A stretch of DNA of 64,000 nt from Schizochytrium sp. TIO01 (taxonomy: Eukaryota; Protista; Bigyra: Labyrinthulomycetes): positions 62,001-126,000 of the forward strand of contig SMSO01000036.1 in NCBI GenBank assembly GCA_004764695.1. The letters are read 5' to 3'. Below, piece by piece: positions 1-11,559 of this stretch. Below the pieces are notes generated by a model. The model did not search any database, had not been told where the DNA came from, and worked only from the letters and a program-made list of their open reading frames with translations. The stretch's first letter is position 1. Each line of letters begins with the position of its first letter. Both the position numbers and the translations under genes were made by a program.

Positions 1-191
1 AATCCTTTTGGGCGCGGAATCCAATCATACACGGGTCTTCTAATTATCTTCAAAAGTTTTGCTACCGGTTTGGAGTGACTGTTCTCTCCTTTTCGCAGGT
101 GATCATAGAGGTGTGCATTGCTAGCAATTGGGACATGATAAACCAAGGAGGTGGAATGCTGACTGATATGCTTCACTCTCACTATGTACAT
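1..191 (-). CDS. Possible 5' part of an unknown gene running off the left edge
   Basis: ATG at 191 opens a stop-free frame (MYIVRVKHISQH...YDWIPRPKG) to the window edge. No recognisable motif. Confidence 0.25.
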   Translation of the reverse strand, partial: MYIVRVKHISQHSTSLVYHVPIASNAHLYDHLRKGENSHSKPVAKLLKIIRRPVYDWIPRPKG

Positions 192-1624
192 AGTCGGAGG
201 CTTTATTGAAAACTCGTCTTAGTTTAGGGGAAACTTAAGTCAAAGTATCATTATCATTCTATTACTCATAACTATTCATATGCTTCGGTTTGAGGTTTAA
301 CCCGAGTGAAAAGGCTGCGGTAGGTAGGTATTAATTAGGCCAACTTCATATTGCCTCATTTTCGCTTTTTTTAAATATAAAAAAATGATACTCTAATGAA
401 GACTTATTCGAGTGGCAACGGGGGCAACAATAATTGCAGTTCTGGCAAAATAACATGAATGTGTCGGCAAATGCCAAATAATATGATGGAGGAAAAAATG
501 GTGGACTTCACTTTTTCGTGGCCTTAGTCGTGCGTACAGGTATTAGGTTTGAGAAAGCTTCATATTCGGTAGAGGTGAATCAATGCAGACTAGATGTTCC
601 TACGTGTCTAGGCGAAGATACATATGGAAGAACAAGTGCGCAGGGACCTGCAAACAGTAACGAGTAATTGAAGCTATAAAGTAACGAAACATGGGGCGGG
701 GGGCTACTTCTCAAAAATGAAGTATGTTAACAACTTGGCGCGGCTCTACTGAATGCATTTTCAACAACAAACATTAAACCACTCGCTCACAAATAAATTC
801 GCACACGTATTGTATGCTTATGCGAACTTGAAGCTGATTGCCCCTGTCCGTTCTTTTCCCTTATTCAACGGATTGTTGAGTGAGCTTCTAGTGTAACCTA
901 GCGTAAATAACGAATACTCACTTCCATATAGAATTGGAAGATAGCATGAAGAACCTGGCTCATGATAGTGCCTTAGGTAGCGACAAGTGAGCTGGTCTCT
1001 TTTAAAGCGATGCAATCATATACTTGTTCTACCGAGTGTCTTGATTGGAACTTATTGCCATCTTCTATACCTCTATAATGATTTCTTTTTTGGCTTGTCT
1101 GTTCTTCTTTCCCCTTTCCATTTAGAAAAGGTTGTGTTGCTGTTCAACCAAATAGCATGCTAAGAAAAGCTAAAGGTATGAACACTAGTTGCGCAAGTAT
1201 TAAGAAGGTGTGCACACATTGATACCTCGTGGTAGTTCACTATCAGATTTCGCCACAACAGCGTTGCTGCTATTGTCATTAGACAAAACTTTGCTGCAGA
1301 GGCAGATAGCTACAAGCAAATTCAGCCAGACAAGAAATCAGAGCAGGAGCGAAGACTACGTGTCTCGCACCTGCCAAAGACCTTCGACACATCATTTCCC
1401 AAGGAGAGCCTCCGTGCGAGCGCCTGGAAAGGCGCTCCAGCTGATTGCACCAGCTCAGACATTGTGTCTGCTGAAATATTATTAAGGTGTCAACAAGACC
1501 TAGTATAACGACGTCAACATTAAGAACTCTGCAACATCAAAGGCAAGGGCAACAAGACATACAATAACAGTGGCTTTTCACTGGTTGCGATTTCTCTGAG
1601 AGAATATATCAAACTTGCGCTACT

Positions 1625-4600
1625 ATGTTTCTTCGGAATCGAGGTCATTCAAGCACAAAAATCAATCCTGCTTCCTTGTATAAAATAGATAGTCCTGAGG
1701 GAGCTGAAAAGGATGATGACGTGGGGCCAATATTTCAAAATGAAATTGTGCCCACCGAAGATGAGTTGCGCAAGTTCCAAGATGATTTGCGAGAGACCTC
1801 TGCTGGTATCATGTCTTTGAGAGAGAGGCTAGAATTCATGCTCGCAACCTCTCGGCTCGGCATGATTCTTGATGCCTGGAATACGCTCTTGACCATAACT
1901 GCATGTGCTCTGTATGTGGTTGAGACATATTGGTGGAGCGAAGAGAATAATGAAGCAGTTAGGGATATGAGCATATTTATCACCATCGACATGAGTATCA
2001 GTACATTCTTTATGTTAGATTATATCCTGCACCTTGTTGTCGCACATAGACGTTTGACTTTCTGTCTTAGTGCACAAGGCTTGGTTGAATTTCTCACATC
2101 TCTTACAGGTTTTGCTTGCTTCTACTTATTAAAAAAAGGAGAATACTCTCCGCATATTCTGCTGATCAAAGACGGAAGTTCTTCAGATGCAATCACAACA
2201 ATGTTGCTGGTGTGTTTATTTCGCGTTATGCGAATTTTCCGACTTGTGCGCATCAGTCGTCTTTTAGCATTTGTAGAGTCCGAAATTCTACGTCAAGTTT
2301 ATGCAATGACATTGTCAGTGGTTTATCTGATTTTTTTTGCGTCTGGTCTAATTCATGTTGTCGAAAATACCGTGTATCTTTGGCCAGACAATGGCGCAAA
2401 GTATCAATCAATGAGCTTTTTTGAGGGTATTTATCTTATTGTAACAACTATTACCACAGTTGGCTATGGCGACTTGGCCCCCAAAACAATGCTTGGAAGA
2501 GCTGTCATCATGGGGATGATGTGTGCTGCGTTGATTCTTGTTCCTCGGCAAACAAACAAATTAGTGGCCTTGCTTGGCATGACCTCAGTCTACGCGCGGC
2601 AGTCTTACAACCGTAAATCGCAGTCTTCGCATATTGTAGTCTCGGGCGATGTACACGGTCGTGCAATCCTAGATTTTTTCAAGGAATTCTTCCACCCGGA
2701 CCATGGAAACACGAGTCAGGGGGCTGTAATCCTTGGTGAGGGTCTCCCATCCCTGGAAGTACGCTCACTGTTGAGTGACCCTCGTTTTGCATACATGATC
2801 ACCTATCTGGACGGAAATGTAATGCTTGATCGTGATCTTTCTCGTGCTGCGTTGGATCAAGCAGAGGGCATTTTCTTACTCACAAATAAATTTTCCAAAA
2901 CCCCCCAGCAAGACGATGCTAGTTGCATTCTCAGAGCTTTGTCTGTACAAAGATTTCTTCAAAAGCAATTAGTGTCTTCGAACGAGATTGCAAACGCCTC
3001 CAGTAAAGACAACGGGGCAGTGCTGCCCACTGGTATCCTCAAGCAAAAGGCCAAAAAACCAACCTTGTGCATTCAGCTTTTGCAGTCAGAGAGTCGTAGA
3101 CTGTTCGAATCTTCTCGCAAGCAAGTTGGCTACAATGATCTCTGTCAAAATCAATTGGTTTGTATTGACGAGATTAAAAATAACATCTTAGCGAAAAGCT
3201 GCCTTGTTCCGGGTCTAACAACTATGATCAATAATCTTGTTGCCTCTAGCGAAGAAGCAAGCTTGTCTGGAAATGAAGCCCCGTGGTTGATCGAATACGC
3301 TGAGGGTGTCGGCTATGAAATGTATCGCATTCAACTTTCCGAGTACTTACAAGGGTTGCCATTTTCAAACATGGCAGAAGCTGTCTATCTTGAGACAGGA
3401 GTACTTGTATTTGCTTTAGAGCTAGCCCATGTTACCGCTGGCTCCTATGTAGCTCTTAATCCAGGACGATTTGTCATTCCCAGGGCTGTTCCTCAGCTTG
3501 CTATTTTTGCAATTGTTCTCGCAGGAGATCTTGATGAAGCTCTTGTCATTAGTCAAGCAGACAAAATTACAGAAGGAATCAGGGATAAGGTTTTTGAGAA
3601 TATTACAAGGCAAGAAAGTACAAATGATGCATCATTCCAACAAAGTACAGAGCCAGCCGATCATCGCAAAAGTTTAGCCCTAGTGAATATGCCTCGATTC
3701 TTTCGCCGTTCAAAAAGTATATTTAGGCCAAGCGAGGGCAATATTACATCGGGGGATGCCACTCCAGATGGTTTGGCAGAAAGCATCTTAGGTTCCGCTG
3801 ATACCGGATCGTTTCACTCTCGTCTCGACTCCACACTTTCCTCGCGCAGGTCTTCGATGCTTTGGAGTAATGCCCACGAAGAATTAGCAGGTCACGGAAC
3901 CAAAAAAGGTGACAGTTTGATGAAAAAATTCTTTGCTCTAGACGAGCCTGCTCCGTTGGAAGCATGCCAAATCCGTACTTCTGTTGACATGCAATTTGGT
4001 TCTGATTTTACAGCCCACATTGTTGTGTTCGGGGAAGTCTCTCATCTTTTTAACTTTGTTCTTCCTTTGAGGCGAAAAAAACTGGGAAGTATCGTGCCCA
4101 TCATAATTGTCAATACTCGAGTACCGACGTCCCAGGAGTGGCAAGAACTTGCACGTTTTGAGGACATTTATTTCATGCAAGGTACCCCATTGGACATGCA
4201 CGATTTGCATCGTGTAGCAATACGCCGTGCGTCTCGTGCCATTTTATTTGCAAAAGTTAACGAGCTGAGCGGTTTATCAAGTGAGGCGTTAGTCGATGCT
4301 GACACTGTCTTTGCCTATTCTATTCTTAAGAAGGAGTGTCCGGATTTACAAGTAATTGTAGAACTTGTTGCCCAGTCAAATATCTCTTACATTGCTGATG
4401 AAAACAAGCTAAGGGGTTGTGGAATCAAAGCTTCTGATCGGTACATGTATGTGCCACCTTTTGCGGCGGGGCAAATCTACACCTCTTCGGTTCTAGACAC
4501 CTTATCTGGTCAGTCTTATTACAATCATAAACTTATTGATATCCTTCACCAGCTCGTGGTAGGCCAGAACAAAGAAGATGCAATTATTTGGCGCAGGGCC

Positions 4601-5239
4601 ACGGGTCGATTACTCCAAAAAGACATACAAAGTAGTGAGCTTCACATGATTCCAATGCCACCAAATATGCGAGGCAAAACTTATGGTGAGCTGGTATGCT
4701 TTTTGAATCGTTCTGAAATCATTCCTCTCGGGTTACGGCGCGGAATCCAAGAAGATCGTCTTAACACAATGCCGTATGTGGTAACTAACCCCCCAAGTGA
4801 CATGGTAGTTAGCATGGTTGATATGGTTTTTGTGCTTTCCCAAGAACCGCCTTCACAGAGGGTGAGTCAAAGAGATATTCTAGGTTCGAGCAAGTTTCAG
4901 CCACTTGTTGATGACGGATTCCGAAGTGGCAGTAGCAGAAAGTTTGAACAACAGAAGAGTTGGCAATCATTCCAGAGCACTGCTTCAATCAAGGAGGAAG
5001 AATCCTCACCGGAGCTAAAGGATGAAAGGACTGACTCTCTTCAAGAGCCTAATAACGATCCTAATCGCACGCGTAACGCTCGTTCTACAATTCTCTCCCA
5101 AGACGATAATGAGAAACTCAATGCCGCCCTGCAATCGCTTCAGGATGAGGTACGCTCTGAATTGACGACACTATCTCATGAAATGAGAGCAATCATGCAT
5201 CAGATGATGTCTTCCACAGCGCACGCTGGTGGAGTTTAA
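1625..5239 (+). CDS. Slo/BK-family (Ca2+/Na+-activated-type) potassium channel with tandem RCK domains
   Basis: 1204-aa ORF with 6 TM segments, an S4 arginine repeat (FRVMRIFRLVRISR), the K+ filter TTVGYGD, and RCK motifs (HIVVSG, HIVVFG, PFAAG...SVLDTL). Confidence 0.93.
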   Translation: MFLRNRGHSSTKINPASLYKIDSPEGAEKDDDVGPIFQNEIVPTEDELRKFQDDLRETSAGIMSLRERLEFMLATSRLGMILDAWNTLLTITACALYVVETYWWSEENNEAVRDMSIFITIDMSISTFFMLDYILHLVVAHRRLTFCLSAQGLVEFLTSLTGFACFYLLKKGEYSPHILLIKDGSSSDAITTMLLVCLFRVMRIFRLVRISRLLAFVESEILRQVYAMTLSVVYLIFFASGLIHVVENTVYLWPDNGAKYQSMSFFEGIYLIVTTITTVGYGDLAPKTMLGRAVIMGMMCAALILVPRQTNKLVALLGMTSVYARQSYNRKSQSSHIVVSGDVHGRAILDFFKEFFHPDHGNTSQGAVILGEGLPSLEVRSLLSDPRFAYMITYLDGNVMLDRDLSRAALDQAEGIFLLTNKFSKTPQQDDASCILRALSVQRFLQKQLVSSNEIANASSKDNGAVLPTGILKQKAKKPTLCIQLLQSESRRLFESSRKQVGYNDLCQNQLVCIDEIKNNILAKSCLVPGLTTMINNLVASSEEASLSGNEAPWLIEYAEGVGYEMYRIQLSEYLQGLPFSNMAEAVYLETGVLVFALELAHVTAGSYVALNPGRFVIPRAVPQLAIFAIVLAGDLDEALVISQADKITEGIRDKVFENITRQESTNDASFQQSTEPADHRKSLALVNMPRFFRRSKSIFRPSEGNITSGDATPDGLAESILGSADTGSFHSRLDSTLSSRRSSMLWSNAHEELAGHGTKKGDSLMKKFFALDEPAPLEACQIRTSVDMQFGSDFTAHIVVFGEVSHLFNFVLPLRRKKLGSIVPIIIVNTRVPTSQEWQELARFEDIYFMQGTPLDMHDLHRVAIRRASRAILFAKVNELSGLSSEALVDADTVFAYSILKKECPDLQVIVELVAQSNISYIADENKLRGCGIKASDRYMYVPPFAAGQIYTSSVLDTLSGQSYYNHKLIDILHQLVVGQNKEDAIIWRRATGRLLQKDIQSSELHMIPMPPNMRGKTYGELVCFLNRSEIIPLGLRRGIQEDRLNTMPYVVTNPPSDMVVSMVDMVFVLSQEPPSQRVSQRDILGSSKFQPLVDDGFRSGSSRKFEQQKSWQSFQSTASIKEEESSPELKDERTDSLQEPNNDPNRTRNARSTILSQDDNEKLNAALQSLQDEVRSELTTLSHEMRAIMHQMMSSTAHAGGV

Positions 5240-5892
5240 AATAGGAAACACACATGCAATGGCAAGAAGACATTATTAAAGGTCAAGAGACGGGAGTATC
5301 GAGAGCTTGATGCGGGATTTCACCCAATTGATGCCGTGCCATTTATTTGAAAATATAAACCCAGAATCAGAAAGCTCGGCAAATCGTCTGCTCTTCATAA
5401 AGCAATAAGGAAGGGATATCATCAAACTGATTCAGTGCTAACATTCTTCATGATAATAATGTGATCTATACGTCTTGTTTCACACACACAAGACAATCAA
5501 ATATACACTGTAGAAGCAAATCATCGCATCAGATGTACATTGTAGAGTGCTTAAGGGTGGTGGTAAGCTGGTAATTGAAAGCTCCTTCATATTCGGGTTA
5601 AGAGTAGCATTATCACTTTCAGCCTCCTTTCCTTACTTCTCGTAGTCTATGACTTAAAGAGATACTTGGCTTTTTTAAATCAAACGAACTCCATTGTGTC
5701 TTTCCAAGAAGCTAAATTGTTTAGCCCTCTTTACACACCATAGGAGCTAATGTAAACTCGATCTTGATTCCAATTGTGACCCTCGAAAGTGCACATTTGG
5801 CCACCGACCTTTAAAGTAGGGCCGCTCTTAGAAGAAGAGGTTTCACTTCAACATAAGTGCGTATGTTACTGCCAATTAGCGTATCAAAAATT

Positions 5893-6465
5893 TCACGCCC
5901 TCCAGGTTGCGCTTGGGTCGTCCTTGAACTCCCAAATTTCCTGGGTCGGTGAATGATTACTTGTGGCAGTAATCTCGCGAAGGAGGTCTTCCTTCTCTTT
6001 AAGATCCCGGTGAGTCTTGAGCTTTAAACATTTCCAAAGGTTCGATTGCATATGCTGACAATCGTCAACAGTACCACGCTGATAATAGGTGGAAACCTAA
6101 ACAGTAAAAAGATGATCATGTCTCGTAAGTCAGTCAATGTTTGATACTTCGTGTCAATGAGCTGCTGGCTTGCTTGTTTTCATGCTTGCTTGCTTGTTTT
6201 CATGCTCCAACTTTATGTTTAATGTTTTGTATTTGAATAATCTAACCCCAACGGTTATCTTTTCCTACCTTTATTAAACAAAAACTGTGTACTCCAGAAC
6301 ACTTACCTGGTTGGCTGGGCTGTAGCAGTACATGAGCGCATCGAGATGCTCCACACAGTTTACATTCGTGCCAATCTGCACAGCTTTCTCCTCATCAGAG
6401 ATTGGAGCCTTGGGAGGGTTCTCTACGACAACTGTAGGGGTCTCGGCCTCAATGGAGGAAGACAT
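5893..6465 (-). CDS. DUF3128 / EMI1 / C22orf39-like small Cys-motif protein, two exons (6307-6465, 5893-6096), ~120 aa
   Basis: Intron 6097-6306 has a CAG|GTAAGT donor and TTAG acceptor. Splicing gives ...CVEHLDALMYCYSPANQ-VSTYYQRGTVDDCQHMQSNLWKCLKLK...QEIWEFK, matching the family pattern. Confidence 0.8.
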
Positions 6466-6967
6466 CTTCGCAACAACGCCTTGCAGTTGTGTTCTCCCAG
6501 CAATATCGCTGGGTTCTCTTCACGTGGTTTGCAGTTTGCCAGCCTCCTCGTCACTACAGCGCTACAATTTTTTTCACTAGGTGCGCCTAAAGCTCTGCTA
6601 GAAAAGACTAAACAATGGGAGATAATAATAGTAGGACCTTCCAGGTATTAAGTAGTAGTATATAGTACCTTGATAAATACTACTCACGTGCATTTTCTCA
6701 GGCCCACTCGAGACATTTGCGCACTTGCTACAAACGGATTGGCTGAAATAGTTGAAAGAGTTAATAACTTGGATTGAACAATGTTGACCTGCAATGAGAA
6801 CCTGAATCACGAGTAAAAAGTTGAAGTTACGAATACTATATATGCTTACTTTGATATCAGTGTCTAAAGAATTCGAACTGCACATGACTGATAATTTGGA
6901 GACTGAATGAAATTATCATCTTTTCCTTCTTAAAAAAAAATAGTTTAGCAAAGTACTTTGTTGGTTT

Positions 6968-7981
6968 TCAGGCATCAAGAAGTTGACGCACCTGGTGCGG
7001 ATCATGAAGGAGAATATTTGTGAGCTGAGCAGGCTGGAATCCACTCCTTCCAGTATCGGTCAAGGAGACGTAAAATTTCTCATAAGCTACCGCAATCGCT
7101 CCTGCCGTTGCATTACGGGCACTTGCCCGCAACCTTGGGCTTGTGAGTCGATCAAACTCTGGCATAACTAGAGAAAACATAGACTTGTAAAAACTCTCCA
7201 AGACCTCCTTCAGTGACTGCATATCCATACCCGGTTGCTGCGCAAGAGGTTGAGATGGGTCTGCACGAGCAATGAGTTCCACCTTGTCTGCCATCCCGCT
7301 ACGACGCAAAATGGAATCTGCCTGTTCACGAACCAAAAGGTCTGTCCAATCCCCAATTTCTGCAGTCAGCCGTTGTACCCAGCTCACTGTGAAGTCATAT
7401 CGAGTCAGACTACCTTGAATCGCCACCAAATTATTAATGATGTATACAGCAGCGTCAGCACGGTCAAGACCAGAGGCACTCTGTCGGCACGTTTGCATGA
7501 GCGGCTCAATGAACGCATCCAAAACAGGGACAAACCTACGTTCTCGTTCCTCCGCGGATTGGTCTTCTACAGCAATTGTAGATAGTGCTTCATCGTGAAC
7601 AGCAAGAATATCAGAGAGACGGCGAATCAGCTCGCTCACCTCAAGTGCAACAGAAAGATCTCTCGGGTATGCTGGAGGTGATGCCAGCAGCTTATCGCAT
7701 TGTGCCTTGACAGAAGCAAAGAAGGTCCCCTGAGCTGCTTTATGGAGCGCTGCGACTGTTGTTGCAGCAAGGGCCTTGTCGCTCGCAAGGACATTTTCTA
7801 GTGTTCCTTGATAAAACTCGAGTAGGTTACTCATCTTAAACATCACTAGCAAAGAAGGTTCTGACGCGAGAACTTGCTGTACTCGTCCTGCCAGAGCCCC
7901 TGCAATACCCTCAAAGATAGTGTCCAATGTTGCCACGTTCCGCTGCAGCGGTGTCATCCCTTGTTTCGGATCTGCATTTGC

Positions 7982-8017
<36 letters not shown>

Positions 8018-9037
8018 CATACTCTGCTGTTCCTCGTCTCTATTATTGGCTCCCATGTCCGTACCTACTGCCTGTTCCATATCCCGCATGGTAGGAACCG
8101 GCGCCAAGTCGTCCTTTTCCTCAATTGGAAAAAGAGCAAATACAAGTCGTTTCTCTACTGCCATCGCCTGGTGCACCCATGCAAGCATGTCTCCCACATA
8201 CCTCAAAGGATCGTGTGCATGGAGCTCAATAGGTCTCGCTACGCCTCCTGCTCCTCCGATCGACAATGCCGCCGCAAATCGCCTCGAAATCGCCACTGCC
8301 CGGTTCTCAGCAATGCAGTCTCGCGCATGTTCGTAATATGCTGGTGCTTCAACGAGCGTTGCAATACCTTTTTTAAGTGCTTCTGAAGGGTCAGGAAAGT
8401 CCGAGTCAAGTTCCACGCATTGACTTTGCACCCACCCGAAGAGCTGCTCATATGCCTGGCCCTGAAAGACCGCCATTGCGTCAAAAAGTTCGAGACCTGC
8501 GCTCTGGAACTGGGAGCTAATAAGTGACTGACACTCTGTTCGAATACGCTGTACATCCTCAAGAGCGCTAAAAAACAATGCCCCATTATCGTCACCTTGA
8601 GGACCTTGTCTAAGAGCTACGAGTTGTGCGTCTGTGAGCTTGAACCTCTTCAAGAAATTGTCCATAACCTTGGCCCTCTCCACGGCATCTTCCCGTCTCG
8701 AAGCCAATTCTTTGGTCAATTCTTTGAACTTTTGGGTTTCTTCGGAACACTTGTCTAACCTCTCGACAAGGTCATCGCAAATGACATGGATTTCTTCAAC
8801 GCTGTTGCTCAAGACATCGATGCTTGCCTGGATCGGCTCGAACTCCTCCACGAACTTCTCCACGAGGTCCAGGCCACGGCACTCCAAATCCGACCGGAGG
8901 TTCCGACGTGCTTCAAGTGTGTTCTCGCGCGGGAAGAATGTTGCGAGTGCGTCGAGCGCCTCAAGCATTGCTGGCGTGTCCGTGCGCATGTCTTGGACCT
9001 TCTTCAGCTTCTTGCGAAACACACTTGGAGGCGCCAT
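6968..9037 (-). CDS. COG6: Conserved oligomeric Golgi complex subunit 6
   Basis: 689-aa ORF with N-terminal NTLEARRNLRSDLE and the signature ARPIELHAHDPLRYVGDMLAWVHQA. Confidence 0.93.
7981..8015 (-). repeat. (CAA)n coding microsatellite, polyQ in COG6
   Basis: (TTG)n run on the plus strand encodes QQQQQQQQQQQ. Confidence 0.95.
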
Positions 9038-9779
9038 CGTGCCAGAGAATACCGTGGCTTTCTGCCTAACACGTATTGCACCAGAGAAACCGCGCTAGGT
9101 GGTGGCTCTGTAAAAGTCTCTGCAAAAGGGCTCTGCTACGACTTTGAGCTTGTACCTACAATCTTCATCAATTTGTCAATTCATAAATCTTTATCATCTT
9201 GAACGTGAGCTGGCCGGGCAGTGTCGTACCCAATATTGGAGTTGCTATTGTTTCTATTAATTAAAGTGCTAGCTGCGGCAAAGTCTGTATTGACACTACG
9301 GAAAGAGAATCCATATCACGAAGAGCAGCTGGAATGATTCTTGCACAACTCTTTCGATGGGTTTGACTCAATAGACATAAAAAGTGGAATTATATAACTA
9401 GAAGTTGAACCTAGGGTGCTGCAGCAGGGTTGCAGCGCGACAAGAAATATTCAAGTGAAACAAAGAGAGTCCTGAGGCTGAGTAAAAATGCAGTTGCAAC
9501 TAAAGTTTCTTCCGCGAGACGTTTGTAGAAGAAGTGAGTCTTCCATGTATAAAGCTGTTGTGTATACCAATTTTTTTTAAAATGACTTATTGAAAGAAGG
9601 TGGGAGAAATCGTTCTAAATCACATGCAAAGCTTTCTCTCTCTCTTTCTTTTCCTTGTTTTGAAGAAGAGGCTGAGGGGGGTAGAATTGAAAGCCAAAAG
9701 ACAAGTTGTTTGAAACTTGAAAGATGCGGGGGCAACCTTGAGCCATAGTTAAAAAGGGGCTAGACCAACAGTCAAAAGA

Positions 9780-11036
9780 TTAGGCCTGTGCAATTTGTAC
9801 ATCCGGATGTGATTTCTCATAGCTACTAGCATCGGGCAACATTGATGCAACGTGCGGAATAATATCGAGTTGAACATTGCAATGTTTAAATCGTCCATTG
9901 TAAAGGTTATAGAACAACTTACTCGAGGCAGGGCCAAAGTGGTTTCCCCACACTGTCAATCTGGATACCGTTCCATTTGCAGCCATGCCGCGAGCGAGCT
10001 GTGCGAGGGATTCATCAACAATGCTGCAATTTGATAAACATAACGTTTGCAAGCTTTCAGTGTAGGCAAGCGCATCGCTTAGTGCCTCTGCGCCTCTGGC
10101 AATCGGGTTTGCTTCAAGATCCAATAACTCGAGTCTACATGTAGGAGAGAGTAATAACTTCGCCAAAGCCTGGCCACCCTGAATACTAATTTGATTACCA
10201 CGAAGTCGCAAGCAGCGAATCCGCTCATTCTCATACAATGCCTCTGCCAAAATTGCCGCCCCTGAGCAGCGAATCCTCTGTTTACCAAGGCTGATATCCT
10301 CAAGTTTTGGATGGTGGCGAATTACATTGGCAATGTGTGTGGTTACCTCATCATTCAAGCTAAAAACACGTGGATTATCGAGGTTCAGAACTCGTAAGCT
10401 GGTGTTCTTCTGAAGGGCACAGGCCAAGGCCACCAAACTGTCAGTGTCTTGCTCAGTATTGCCGAGATCAAGAACTTGCAGAGAACAGATGGAGGAAGGA
10501 AGCCCCAAATATGGTGCTAGTAAACGACCTCCTGCAGAGCCAATCTCATTAAAGCTTAGATTTAGCTCGACAAGGGAAGCCTTACCTCCAATCAAAGCAT
10601 CAACCAGAGGACCTAGTGCCTGGTCGTTCAAGCTGTTTGATGTAAGCACAAGTCTCTGCAATTGGCCAAAGAGCACAAGGTCAGCAATTGCCTGGGCACT
10701 TGGAGCAGTGAGGTTGTTGTATCGAAGATCTAAGGATTCGAGCAACAGTCCGGAGCTCTTAACTGCAGACGAGAATGCTTGTATGTCAGAGTTCTGAAAA
10801 CGGGAATTGAATAGATCAAGTGAATTGCCACAGATTTCCACTTCAATTTGGGCTGAGAGACTGTGCGATTTTCCTTCAAGTTTGCTTTCCTTGTCGCTAC
10901 CTTTAGATTCCGAACTGTACGCACTCTCATTAGAGAGCCTCTCCCGAACAATGTCAATTATTTTCTCATATGGGTTCACACCACACGCCTTGCAAGCACC
11001 ACGGTATGATTCTTCAAACTCTTTGGCTAGCGTCAT
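9780..11036 (-). CDS. RNI-like leucine-rich repeat protein, LRRC34-like
   Basis: 418 aa with ~28-aa RI-type LRRs (LDLRYNNL, LNLSFNEIG, LRLRGNQI). The N-terminal YRGACKACGVNP and C-terminal LTVWGNHF motifs resemble LRRC34. Confidence 0.75.
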   Translation of the reverse strand: MTLAKEFEESYRGACKACGVNPYEKIIDIVRERLSNESAYSSESKGSDKESKLEGKSHSLSAQIEVEICGNSLDLFNSRFQNSDIQAFSSAVKSSGLLLESLDLRYNNLTAPSAQAIADLVLFGQLQRLVLTSNSLNDQALGPLVDALIGGKASLVELNLSFNEIGSAGGRLLAPYLGLPSSICSLQVLDLGNTEQDTDSLVALACALQKNTSLRVLNLDNPRVFSLNDEVTTHIANVIRHHPKLEDISLGKQRIRCSGAAILAEALYENERIRCLRLRGNQISIQGGQALAKLLLSPTCRLELLDLEANPIARGAEALSDALAYTESLQTLCLSNCSIVDESLAQLARGMAANGTVSRLTVWGNHFGPASSKLFYNLYNGRFKHCNVQLDIIPHVASMLPDASSYEKSHPDVQIAQA

Positions 11037-11559
11037 TGTCCCTCGTGCTCAGGAGTTCGTTCCTTTTGAATAGTTAATTAACTGTGCGCGATCTGCCGAT
11101 ATCTGAAATCACGTACAGGCTAAAATAGCAGTCGCCTCCACAAATGCTTCTATTAGCCATAGCAAACTAACTTCAATGTTTTATCTCTTCACGATGTGCT
11201 TAGTGCAACCACTCTTCTCCGCTACTCTATAGAGCTGCTTACTTGCTGATTCATGCCCTCAAATGCTTAGTCTTTATAATAAGAGTGTCGGTTGGACATT
11301 CGAGCGAGCCTTTTTCGCCGACTCAGGCGCAACGGACACATGTTTGTACTCTGTTCCTCTTCCAATTCTGCTAATCTTGTTATAGAAAGAATTGTGTGTA
11401 TATTCTGCACTACACAGGGCTAAACTTGGGCACTGGAGTGGAAGCTTAAGACAAGGACCAGCAAGATTCCACCTGCGCTGGCCTGGCGACCAGTGGCGAT
11501 CAGTGCTGTTGACTCGCAGCTCATACTGATTTTGTGAAGGGGAAGAGCTTGAGGTGGCC

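Noticed and set aside
7874-8386. Poly-Leu and poly-Cys ORFs
   Set aside because: Antisense frames of the COG6 polyQ tract.
11150-11170. RFX X-box-like site between the LRRC34-like gene and DRC3
   Set aside because: Imperfect match (TTAGCCATAGCAAA), and RFX factors are not established in the presumed lineage.
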